NCBI GenBank assembly: GCA_038203565.1
Contig: JBBRDV010000009.1
Span: forward strand, 1-35,288
Length of the DNA: 35,288 nucleotides
DNA from: Atribacterota bacterium
GTDB taxonomy: Bacteria > Atribacterota > Phoenicimicrobiia > Phoenicimicrobiales > Phoenicimicrobiaceae
Direction: 5' to 3'
Shown: positions 24,317 to 32,569 of the stretch, in pieces
How the letters are laid out: every line of letters begins with the position of its first letter
Position numbering within the stretch: position 1 is the first letter of the stretch
Program-made: the position numbers and the translations under genes
The notes under the pieces: generated by a model
Seen by the model: only the letters and a program-made list of their open reading frames with translations
The model's database searches: none
What the model was told of the DNA's origin: nothing

Positions 24317-24790
24317 CTATTTAATATCTAAAATTTTATATTTAATATGCCCTGCCGGGACTCTAACTTCTACTAAATCACCTTTCTTTTTTCCTAAAAG
24401 AGCCCTTCCGATAGGAGAAGAGGTGGATATCTTACCACAATCTGGTTCAGATTCCACATAATCCAAAATAGTATATTTATACTCTTTTTTATTTTTCATA
24501 TCCTTAACTAACACCTCTGACCCGAGTAATACGCAATCTGGATTTTCTTCTTTGTCTATCAATTCATAATTTTCAATAATTTTTTCCAAAGCCAAAATTC
24601 TTCCTTCTATAAAGGATTGCTCATTTTTAACTGAGTTATATTCTGCATTCTCAGCAATCTCTCCAAAGGTTACAGCATTTCTAATTTTTTCAGCAATTTC
24701 TGCTCTTTTTACCCTTTTAAGATAATTAAGTTCTTCTTGAACTTTTTTCAAGCCTTCTTCAGTTAGCATTACCTTTCTGTCAAGTGTCAT
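24317..24790 (-). CDS. greA: Transcription elongation factor GreA
   Basis: LTEEG...EL, GEIAENAEY, EGRI, ISTSSPIGRALLG, VPAG; greA-lysS order. Confidence 0.96.
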   Translation of the reverse strand: MTLDRKVMLTEEGLKKVQEELNYLKRVKRAEIAEKIRNAVTFGEIAENAEYNSVKNEQSFIEGRILALEKIIENYELIDKEENPDCVLLGSEVLVKDMKNKKEYKYTILDYVESEPDCGKISTSSPIGRALLGKKKGDLVEVRVPAGHIKYKILDIK

Positions 24791-24858
24791 AAATATCTCT
24801 CCTCGTTAAAATTATTATATTTAAACAGTAAATAACAAATATTTTTTCTTAAAAATTA

Positions 24859-24904
24859 AATATAAGCACTATTTACTTTTCTAATAGATAATAGTGCTTA
24901 TATT
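24859..24904 (-). terminator. Terminator-like hairpin in the greA 5' leader
   Basis: AATATAAGCACTATT (24859-24873) / AATAGTGCTTATATT (24890-24904), between the promoter and the greA start. Confidence 0.6.
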
Positions 24905-24926
24905 ATATAATAATCTTTATATAGAG

Positions 24927-24955
24927 ATTATAAGATATCTATATTTTATTGTCAA
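24927..24955 (-). promoter_or_regulatory. Consensus sigma-70 promoter for greA
   Basis: TTGACA (24955-24950), 17 bp, TATAAT (24932-24927). Confidence 0.85.
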
Positions 24956-24967
24956 ATAAATTCGTTA

Positions 24968-26161
24968 TTACGTGATCAATCCTAGTTTTTTCCCAGCCCT
25001 TCCAAAGATATCCAGAGCTTTATCAATATCCTCAGAAGTATGATTTGCCTGAACATGGGCTCTTAATCTATTAGTTCCTTTAGGAATTGCCGGGAAAAGG
25101 ATGGGACAGATAAATATTCCTTCATCATTAACTATTTTACACAATTTTAAAGTTTCTTCCTCTTCACCGATTAATATAGGAACAATACTGGTAGTACTGT
25201 TCATGGTATTATAGCCCATAGAATTTAACCCATCTTTAAATTGTTTGATATTTCTCTGTAAATTTGTGACACGCTCAGGTTCATCTTCAATAACCTCTAA
25301 ACAAGCAACGGCAGTAGCAGCTGCAACTGGCGGAAGACTTGCTGAAAATATAAAGGGTCTGGAATTATGTTTTAAATAAGTAATCAAATCTTTATTACCG
25401 GCTAAATAACCTCCGATACTAGGGATAGTTTTACTTAGAGTTCCCATATGTATATCGACAGCTCCCTTTAGCCCGAAATGTTCTTCTATTCCGTGACCAG
25501 TTTTTCCTAATACTCCTATAGAATGAGCCTCATCTACCATCAATTTAGCATTATACTTTTTAGCTAGCCGAGATATCTCGGGCAAATTAGCTACATCTCC
25601 ATCCATACTATATACCGCATCAACTATAATCAATTTGTTAACATAATCTTTGGAGTTCACTAGAATTTTTTCTAAACTTTTCATATCATTATGTAAAAAT
25701 GATTTATGGTGAGCACCTGAAAGTATGCATCCATCAATAATACTGGCATGGTCTAATTTATCAATTATAACCAAATCACCTCTCTGACAAAGAGTAGTTA
25801 TGGCTGCCAAATTAGTTACATATCCACTACTATAAGTAACTGCATCTTCTGCCCCTTTAAATTTTGCAATCGCTGCTTCCAATTTTTCGTGTATCTTAGT
25901 AGTACCAGCTAATAACCTAACTCCCGCAGCACCAGTTCCATATTTTTCAATAGCCTCAATAGCCGCTTTTTTTATCTTGGGATGAGTAATCAATCCTAAA
26001 TAATTATAAGAAGCAAACATTATCATCTCTCTACCATCGATAGTTACTCTTGCCCCCGAAGCCCCATCAATACTTTTTAAATAAAAATACCGTTTTTCTT
26101 CTTTCATTTTGTTCACTCTTCGTTGAAGTTCATTTATTCTATCTTCTAATAGAACTCCCAT
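24968..26161 (-). CDS. PLP-dependent alpha-oxoamine synthase (BioF/Kbl/serine palmitoyltransferase family)
   Basis: SYNYLGL, DHASIIDG, DAVYSMDGD, VDEAHSIG, GTLSK (PLP lysine), FIFSASLPP. Substrate cannot be resolved by eye. Confidence 0.9.
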   Translation of the reverse strand: MGVLLEDRINELQRRVNKMKEEKRYFYLKSIDGASGARVTIDGREMIMFASYNYLGLITHPKIKKAAIEAIEKYGTGAAGVRLLAGTTKIHEKLEAAIAKFKGAEDAVTYSSGYVTNLAAITTLCQRGDLVIIDKLDHASIIDGCILSGAHHKSFLHNDMKSLEKILVNSKDYVNKLIIVDAVYSMDGDVANLPEISRLAKKYNAKLMVDEAHSIGVLGKTGHGIEEHFGLKGAVDIHMGTLSKTIPSIGGYLAGNKDLITYLKHNSRPFIFSASLPPVAAATAVACLEVIEDEPERVTNLQRNIKQFKDGLNSMGYNTMNSTTSIVPILIGEEEETLKLCKIVNDEGIFICPILFPAIPKGTNRLRAHVQANHTSEDIDKALDIFGRAGKKLGLIT

Positions 26162-26194
26162 TTCTCTTCCTCCTCTTTAGCATTAAATTTTTGC

Positions 26195-27103
26195 TTAATT
26201 TAACTTCTCTATCCTTGGCTTAAAGCCAGTTTTTTCTATTAATTTTAAATAATCTTCCGGTTGTAATTCTTCCGGAGATTTTCCTGATATAGCTACCAAA
26301 GTAGCTTGAAATACATTGGTTCCAAAAGACCTTCCGTTAAATTCAGGCGTAGTGGTAATTAAATAACTAACCCCTCTATTTTTAAGATCTTCTACATTAA
26401 AACTGGTAACGGTATTGGTTATGATAATCTTCTCCTTCATATCCTGGGGCATATACTGGCTTATAGCTAAGTAATCACCAGCAATGATATCAGCATCATA
26501 AAAATATTTAACGTATTTTAAATTAGATTTCTCCTGCTTTTCACCTGTAGGATATAAATATTTTATAGGAACATATATTAATATTGGCAAAAGCAACCGA
26601 GCAAAAATTTCAATACTTCGAAAAGAATGAAGCGGGATAGGAATATTTAAACCAAATATTAAATCCCCAAAGGTCATTTCACATCCAGCCTCTATCAGTC
26701 CCTCTGCCATTCCAAATCTATCCACCGTGAGAGTGACTAAAGCCTTTTTCCCTTTTAAGGGAATATCAGTTTGAGTATCGATATGTTTTACTACACTCTT
26801 CTCTAATACATATTTTATCCCGGTACCATCAACAATAGGAGTTTTTTTAATAACGCTAATTATCTTTTCTGACTCTCTTATGGTATATCTTTTCCCTTGG
26901 GGTCCGGAATACAAATATAGATCTGTCCCTCCCAAACTGAAGATATCTACCTTCCCATCATTCTCTTGGAATATTTGCATCATCTTTTTCACATCGCCAT
27001 CAGTTCCTCTTCTTTCGATTTCGATTTTCTCTCCTAAGACTTCGATCACGACTTTATGATCTCTGGTGGAAGAACCCAGACTAACCCCTAAAACTTTTTT
27101 CAT
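26195..27103 (-). CDS. Conserved uncharacterised protein (family I recall being auto-labelled 'quinate 5-dehydrogenase')
   Basis: VSLGSSTRDH, ERRGTDGD, VDGTGIK, VDRFGMA, FGDLIF, LYPTG, ITNT, GRSFGTNV. Family recognised from memory; function unproven. Confidence 0.7.
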   Translation of the reverse strand: MKKVLGVSLGSSTRDHKVVIEVLGEKIEIERRGTDGDVKKMMQIFQENDGKVDIFSLGGTDLYLYSGPQGKRYTIRESEKIISVIKKTPIVDGTGIKYVLEKSVVKHIDTQTDIPLKGKKALVTLTVDRFGMAEGLIEAGCEMTFGDLIFGLNIPIPLHSFRSIEIFARLLLPILIYVPIKYLYPTGEKQEKSNLKYVKYFYDADIIAGDYLAISQYMPQDMKEKIIITNTVTSFNVEDLKNRGVSYLITTTPEFNGRSFGTNVFQATLVAISGKSPEELQPEDYLKLIEKTGFKPRIEKLN

Positions 27104-27134
27104 TCTAAAATCCTCCTCTACTTTGGAATTTACA

Positions 27135-27659
27135 TTAATTTTTTATCTGTTTTACTATTTCTATGATCTTTTCAGGATTAACATATTTACTCTCTTTAAT
27201 AGGCGAATGACCGATAACTATGCCAATCACCTGAACACTGAATATTTTCTCTACTATAGGTACTCTCATATCTGAACCCATGAAAATAATCAAATCAAAA
27301 TCTGCTAAGTTGACAATTATTTCCATGATCTCATCAAATAATTCGTTTTTCCCTTTGTTCTTTAGAAACTCAAAGCGTTCCTCTTGGGTTAAAAGCAGAA
27401 CATATTCAATCCCCAACTTTTCTGCTAAAATAGTTATCTCTTCTTTGTTCTTGATAGGAAAACCGATTAAGGCAATCTTATTACCTTTTCTTATCTCTCC
27501 TAAACTTTCTAGCCTGGAGACAAAAGTTCTTTCAACTCCTAATTTGCGGGCTACCCCTTCCTGAGTCACGCCTTTAGTACGCAATTCTAAAATTTTATTT
27601 ATTTCTTTATCCAATTTTTCTTTACTTATAACTTTCTCGCCAATTCGAATAAACTGCAT
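27135..27659 (-). CDS. HTH transcriptional regulator
   Basis: N-terminal XRE-like HTH (LRTKGVTQEGVARKLGVERTFVSRLESLGEIRKG). Start moved to ATG 27659 (MQFIRIG), which has an AGGAG SD. Confidence 0.8.
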   Translation of the reverse strand: MQFIRIGEKVISKEKLDKEINKILELRTKGVTQEGVARKLGVERTFVSRLESLGEIRKGNKIALIGFPIKNKEEITILAEKLGIEYVLLLTQEERFEFLKNKGKNELFDEIMEIIVNLADFDLIIFMGSDMRVPIVEKIFSVQVIGIVIGHSPIKESKYVNPEKIIEIVKQIKN

Positions 27660-27672
27660 CTTTAAAATCTCC

Positions 27673-27724
27673 TGTATACATTTTTGTATACACGTAATAT
27701 AACATAATTTTTTTGCGTTAGCAA
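27673..27724 (-). promoter_or_regulatory. Promoter plus palindromic operator TGTATACA-N4-TGTATACA
   Basis: -35 TTGCTA (27724-27719), 17 bp, extended -10 TGnTATATT (27701-27696); the operator at 27673-27692 covers the predicted TSS. Confidence 0.65.
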
Positions 27725-27781
27725 GTTTTTTATTCATATCTTTTGAAGAGTAGCGCGGAGCGTATAGCGTCTAGCAGATAG

Positions 27782-27807
27782 GTAGGGGGCAGACCTTGTG
27801 TCTGCCC
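27782..27807 (+). repeat. GTAG-type REP palindrome
   Basis: GTAG-G-GGGCAGAC-CTTGT-GTCTGCCC. Confidence 0.7.
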
Positions 27808-27958
27808 GTAATGAGTAATATAGAAAAGATTAATTGCTTATATGTTTAGCCGGTTTACCAGTTGTCCGAAACAAATTCGTATCTCGTACCTCGTGAATCT
27901 TATCTCGTATTTAGTTTGCTGGTTAATTGATTAATAAATCAATATAAAAACAAAATAT

Positions 27959-29005
27959 TTATTGAATAATTCCTCCTCCTATTACCACATCTCCCTGGTA
28001 AAATACTGCTGATTGTCCCGGGGTAATCGCTCTTTGGGGTTTTTCAAAATTTATTAGCACCTTATCTTCATGGTAAGGGGAAATCATTGCCGAAGATTTT
28101 TTACTATTGTATCTTATTTTTACCTCTGCCTGTATAGACTTTAAAAGTTTATCGCCAGAAATAATATTTAAATCTTTTGCTAATAATTTATCTCTATAAA
28201 GATCTTTATCATCGCCTAGGGTAATTACATTTTGCTGGGAATTTATTTCAATTACATACCTACGCTTATTCAAAGATACTCCCAATCCTTTTCTCTGTCC
28301 AATAGTATAAAAAGGAATACCTTGATGCTCTCCTAATATTTTTCCTTCTTTATCTATAAACTTGCCAGTTTTGACAGTATCTTTAATGTGTTGAGTTAAA
28401 AACTTTCTATAATTATCATCCTGGATAAAACAAATTTCCTGACTCTCTTCTTTTTTATAATTTTTTAATCCGTATTTTTTAGCCACTTCCCTGGTTTGGC
28501 TTTTCTTAAATTTGCCCAAAGGAAACAAAACGCAGGGCAATATTTCCTGGTTTAATCTATAAAGAAAATAAGATTGGTCTTTATTTTCATCTACCCCTCT
28601 CTTCAGCAAAAATTTCTTGCTCTCCTGGTCATATTTTTTGATAGCATAATGACCGGTGGCTAGATAATCCGCACCTAAAGATTTTGCTTTCTCCAATAAT
28701 AATCCAAATTTTATTTTCAGATTACAGACTACACAAGGATTGGGGGTTCGGCCGGTGAGGTATTCTTGGCAGAAATAGTCTATAACTATATTTTTAAATT
28801 CTTTGGTAAAATCCAGAACATGCCAGGGGATTTTTAGATTTTGAGCGACCTGTTGCACTGATTCTAAATTTTCGTTGCCTTCATAATGATGGATAGTTAC
28901 ACCGAGAACATTATAACCTTCTTCTTTTAACAGGGCAGCAGCTAATGAACTGTCCACCCCTCCGCTCATAGCCACTACTACCTTCTTTTTTAAATTTTTA
29001 ATCAT
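27959..29005 (-). CDS. mnmA: tRNA 2-thiouridine(34) synthase MnmA
   Basis: AMSGGVDSS, GRTPNPCVVCN, ATGHY, KDQSYFL, ESQEICF, YTIGQRKGLG, ITPGQSAVFY. Confidence 0.98.
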   Translation of the reverse strand: MIKNLKKKVVVAMSGGVDSSLAAALLKEEGYNVLGVTIHHYEGNENLESVQQVAQNLKIPWHVLDFTKEFKNIVIDYFCQEYLTGRTPNPCVVCNLKIKFGLLLEKAKSLGADYLATGHYAIKKYDQESKKFLLKRGVDENKDQSYFLYRLNQEILPCVLFPLGKFKKSQTREVAKKYGLKNYKKEESQEICFIQDDNYRKFLTQHIKDTVKTGKFIDKEGKILGEHQGIPFYTIGQRKGLGVSLNKRRYVIEINSQQNVITLGDDKDLYRDKLLAKDLNIISGDKLLKSIQAEVKIRYNSKKSSAMISPYHEDKVLINFEKPQRAITPGQSAVFYQGDVVIGGGIIQ

Positions 29006-29035
29006 AATAGTTTATTCTCTTTTTAGGCTTTGCAT

Positions 29036-30040
29036 TTATCCTTGTATTCTTAGTACTTCTAATTTATCTTCTATCAATGGTTTTACCTTTATAGTTCTGA
29101 CCAATTCTTTAGATTTATGATAATAATTAATATTTACTTCTTCATTTTCTTCTTCATTTCTATCGCAATACCTTGCAGTAATCTGACAGGATTTATCGAT
29201 CAGTGCCTTATTTACTTTAGACCCCTTTTTTAACAAAGAAACCGGACCTTTTAAATTTTTAGCTTTAAAAAGAAAGTCTCCATCTTGAAAAAAATTTTGT
29301 AGTTGTTCATTCTCTTCTTTATTTCTTCCTACTACCAATTTAATATCTTTACTTAGTCTGAAGTGTCTGCCTAATTTTAACAGTTCTATCTCTTCTAAAG
29401 AAAAACTTCCCTGAGTGAATAAATCTCTTAATCTTTTAGAAAAAGCTGGCTCGGTTAATTTGCAACCTCCAGCCGGTGAAGGATAATCTTTTATCCCCAT
29501 TTCGTCAGCCAATTTTATTTGTCTTTTTCTCGAGCGGCCAGAAATATCCAATAATTTATTTCTGTCCACCAACCCCCCCTTTTCAGGAATGGTCTCCGTT
29601 AATAATAAAGCAGATAATGGACGAAGAATTTTACCCTCAAATCCTGATTCTCTCTCAATTATAATTAAGCTATTTCTGTTCTGAGACATCGGTCTTTCTC
29701 CCAAAACTTCGCCACTTAAGATAAGAGAAGCTCCTATCTTGTTCATATATTCTCCCGCCTTTTTGAACATAAGGGCATGACAATCTATGCAAGGATTCAT
29801 ATTCTTTCCGAACCCATACTTGGGTTTTTTTAAAATCTTTAGAAGCTCTTCGGTAATATCTATTATTTCTAAGTCTATATCTAAATCCTTTGCTATTACA
29901 AAGGCTTCATCCAAACCAAAGAAGGGAGTCTTAAAATTAACCCCTTTTACTTCTATCCCCTGTTTCTGGATAAGCTTTAGCGCTAAAATACTATCCAGAC
30001 CACCAGAAAACAAAGCAACCGCTTTTATCTTATCTTCCAT
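29036..30040 (-). CDS. ThiI/MnmA-like PP-loop ATPase (putative tRNA sulfurtransferase) lacking an N-terminal THUMP domain
   Basis: LFSGGLDS, NPCIDCH, GEVLGERPMSQ, LRPL, PAGGC, GRHFR, VGRN. Confidence 0.8.
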   Translation of the reverse strand: MEDKIKAVALFSGGLDSILALKLIQKQGIEVKGVNFKTPFFGLDEAFVIAKDLDIDLEIIDITEELLKILKKPKYGFGKNMNPCIDCHALMFKKAGEYMNKIGASLILSGEVLGERPMSQNRNSLIIIERESGFEGKILRPLSALLLTETIPEKGGLVDRNKLLDISGRSRKRQIKLADEMGIKDYPSPAGGCKLTEPAFSKRLRDLFTQGSFSLEEIELLKLGRHFRLSKDIKLVVGRNKEENEQLQNFFQDGDFLFKAKNLKGPVSLLKKGSKVNKALIDKSCQITARYCDRNEEENEEVNINYYHKSKELVRTIKVKPLIEDKLEVLRIQG

Positions 30041-30497
30041 ATCTTTGTCCTTCTTTTATTTTTTGGGCTATTTTACATAAATCTTTCAAAGAAGTAGCAT
30101 CTAATGTTTGGTTTATCCTTTGAGTTACTTCCTCTAATAATACCCTGATGGTACAATCTTCTATTTTTTTACATTCCTTTGGGCCATTCTTATCAATTTT
30201 TTTGCCAGCTAAAATACAATCAACTAAAACTATCGGCCCCTCAACTGCTCTAATTATGTCACCGCTATTAATCCTCTCGGCTTCTTTAGCTAATAAATAC
30301 CCTCCGCCTGCTCCCCTGGTACTTTTTACTAAATTTGCTTTCTTTAATTTATTAAATAATTGTTCTAAATATTGTAAAGAAATATCTTGTCTTAGAGAAA
30401 TATCTCTTAAAGAAATCGGCTTTAAATTATTATATTGATTTTGCGCCAAATCTATCATAGCTCGAAGTGCGTACCTTCCTCGAGTAGATAATTTCAT
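30030..30497 (-). CDS. Rrf2-family regulator (IscR/CymR-like, three Cys)
   Basis: MKLSTRGRYALRAM, ISLQYLEQL, STRGAGGGY, Cys triad VDC...EC...DC. Confidence 0.93.
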   Translation of the reverse strand: MKLSTRGRYALRAMIDLAQNQYNNLKPISLRDISLRQDISLQYLEQLFNKLKKANLVKSTRGAGGGYLLAKEAERINSGDIIRAVEGPIVLVDCILAGKKIDKNGPKECKKIEDCTIRVLLEEVTQRINQTLDATSLKDLCKIAQKIKEGQRYGR

Positions 30498-30534
30498 TGG
30501 TCTTACTCCTTTATTAATTTAATTTCACTAAAAA

Positions 30535-30564
30535 ATTATATTATTTATGACTATTTTTGTCAAC
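30535..30564 (-). promoter_or_regulatory. Consensus sigma-70 promoter overlapped by an IscR type-1-like palindrome
   Basis: TTGACA (30563-30558), 17 bp, TATAAT (30540-30535); TGAC-N7-GTCA at 30548-30562. Confidence 0.8.
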
Positions 30565-30693
30565 TTTCTCGAAATCTTTTCTATTCTGTTATCTTCGGAG
30601 ACCTACCGGGGATTATTAAAAAATGAGAGTACCGCACTCCCTACAGTCGCTAATAAAGGAAAGTAAAAGAGGAAAATAGCAAGCGGGAAAGGC

Positions 30694-30754
30694 TAAAATA
30701 ATGGGGACACATCCTATTTTAAAATAATAAAATAATGGGGACACATCCTATTTT
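30694..30754 (+). repeat. Tandem 27-bp direct repeat with GGGGACAC core (element end)
   Basis: TAAAATAATGGGGACACATCCTATTTT at 30694-30720 and 30728-30754. Inverted degenerate copies at about 32348-32373 and 32481-32504. Confidence 0.85.
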
Positions 30755-30768
30755 TTCTATTCTATAGT

Positions 30769-30870
30769 TTAATTTTCCTTTTCACAAGACCTTACCTTAG
30801 AAGTCTATCTATTATAGTAATACCTAAAGCTTCAATAATCTAGTTAAGAAACCCCCTCGGATTCCATAGG
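30769..30870 (-). pseudogene. Possible highly degraded 3' end of a Y1/RAYT-like transposase
   Basis: Frameshifted pieces QPMESEG / FLN*IIEALGITIIDR / KVRSCEKEN* resemble the GRPLG...GRP C-terminal tail and directly precede the AAAATAGGATGTGTCCCC end. Confidence 0.3.
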
Positions 30871-30940
30871 TTGTCACGGTAGGACAGCCAGTTACCTGAA
30901 TTATTGAGCTAGTACAATGCCTTCTGTTTGTTTCTAATAT

Positions 30941-32089
30941 TTATGAATTTTCAAATAAACGTAAATATTCTTTATAGATAAAAATCCGCCCATACTTTTT
31001 ATCTTTTTCTTTGGGTACCAAAAGATCCAGTTTAACCAATTTTTTTACTAATCTATTTGCTCCTTCTCGTGAAAGTCCGGTAAATTCCTCTACTTTTTTC
31101 ACATTAATTATAGGCAGCTTATACAGATTTTTTAAAAGTGTAATAGCATTTTTAGCACCTTTCCCTAATTTCATTATCTTTAGTTGATCTTTTTCGCGTA
31201 ATTCAATAATTTTATTCGAAGTGTCAATTGCTTCTTCTGCTACTTTTCCAACACCTTCTAAAAAAAATTCCAGCCACAAAAAAATATTTCCTTTTCTATA
31301 TTCATCTAGCATTGAAAAATATAGCTCTCTATTTTTTTTTAAATATTCGGAAAGATATAATACTGGCCTTTCCAATATTTTTTCCTGACAGAGACAAAGA
31401 GTGATCAGCAATCTCCCGGTTCGGCCATTTCCATCTATAAAAGGATGGATAGTCTCAAATTGAGCATGAATTAAACCTATTTTTATTAAAATGGGGATAT
31501 TCCGATAAGAGTAAAAAAATTTTTCTAAATCCGTCATGGCTAATGTTACCTGATCTGGTGGTGGAGGGACAAAACGAGCATTATTAGGATGGGTTCCCAT
31601 GATCCAATTTTGGGTTTTTCTAAACTCTCCAGGGTAAGGGAAAAAAGTACTTCTTGCTTCGGTTAATAATACTTGATGAATTTTTTTTATTAACCTTAGA
31701 GACAAAGGAATATTTTTTAACTCACTAAGGCCTAAATTCATGGCTTCAATATAGTGCAGGATATCATCAACGTCTGGGGGTAACTCAGATGTTCTTTCAA
31801 TTTCAGCATGTAAGGCGTCAGTAAGCCGAGCTTTAGTTCCTTCTATCTGGCTAGAAAGAGCGGCTTCTTTCTTAATATACATAAAAATAAAAAAATCTAT
31901 ATCAGGTACCAGCCTGGTTAATCCATCTAATTTTCCCAGTAATAGGCTGGAGGTAGATAAAAGTTGGATTAATCTTTCTCCCTGAAAAGACAAATTTTCA
32001 GGAGGAAATTTTTCAGGGATAAAAGCCTCATACCCTTCTATCTGTCTTATGTATTTGCCAATATTAACTTTAGGACTCATCTTATACAT
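30941..32089 (-). CDS. Fic family protein (N-terminal extension, Fic core, C-terminal wHTH)
   Basis: Canonical HPFIDGNGRTGR, inhibitory-type SSQIEGT motif, PGEFRKTQNWI. Confidence 0.95.
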   Translation of the reverse strand: MYKMSPKVNIGKYIRQIEGYEAFIPEKFPPENLSFQGERLIQLLSTSSLLLGKLDGLTRLVPDIDFFIFMYIKKEAALSSQIEGTKARLTDALHAEIERTSELPPDVDDILHYIEAMNLGLSELKNIPLSLRLIKKIHQVLLTEARSTFFPYPGEFRKTQNWIMGTHPNNARFVPPPPDQVTLAMTDLEKFFYSYRNIPILIKIGLIHAQFETIHPFIDGNGRTGRLLITLCLCQEKILERPVLYLSEYLKKNRELYFSMLDEYRKGNIFLWLEFFLEGVGKVAEEAIDTSNKIIELREKDQLKIMKLGKGAKNAITLLKNLYKLPIINVKKVEEFTGLSREGANRLVKKLVKLDLLVPKEKDKKYGRIFIYKEYLRLFENS

Positions 32090-32146
32090 GTCAACATTTT
32101 ATCATTAAAGTTGACATTGGTCAAATAGATGTCAACTTTAATGATA
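32088..32146 (-). promoter_or_regulatory. fic promoter with ATGTCAAC operator repeats
   Basis: TTGACC (32124-32119), 17 bp, TGnTAAAAT (32101-32096); perfect 18-bp IR at 32100-32117 / 32129-32146; third half-site at 32088-32095. Confidence 0.7.
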
Positions 32147-32393
32147 CTACCTTCAACTAAACCAATTGACATTATAATCGTGAAGCTTAACTCCGATTTC
32201 TATTCCTTCTTAATTCCAATTAATTCCATCAAATTGTTTTCGTAATTTAATCCCTGGTTTTCCGCTAAGCTAAAAGTTCCCGAAATATTAAGCTGGCACA
32301 CTTTCCTTATTTATCTAATTTAAAAACAAAAATAATACTTGTCTAAGAAAATGGGATGTGTTGTCCCCATTTATTAATCTTCTGTTTTTATTT

Positions 32394-32441
32394 GTCATTC
32401 CTGCCCCCGCTTTAGCGAGGGTAAACTCCAACAGGAATCCA
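32394..32441. repeat. GTCATTCC...GGAATCCA-type REP-like palindrome
   Basis: GTCATTCCTG (32394-32403) ... CAGGAATCCA (32432-32441) with an internal CCCGCTTTAGCGAGGG hairpin. Confidence 0.6.
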
Positions 32442-32533
32442 TTATTCTCTTTCTTCATCCCTGCTCAAAGTTCCCCTTGGAAAATAGGTGTCTGCCCCTA
32501 TTATATTTATTATTCCTATTATTCCGAGTAGGT

Positions 32534-32556
32534 CAAACGAAACATCCCCATGTCTT
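32534..32556 (+). repeat. Inverted repeat, copy downstream of the serine hydrolase
   Basis: CAAACGAAACATCCCCATGTCTT; 22/23 match to the reverse complement of 34723-34745. Confidence 0.85.
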
Positions 32557-32569
32557 ATGTTATATACAA

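Noticed and set aside
30694..30754. 27-bp direct repeat as a CRISPR array
   Set aside because: Only two copies 7 bp apart, no spacers of CRISPR length and no cas genes.
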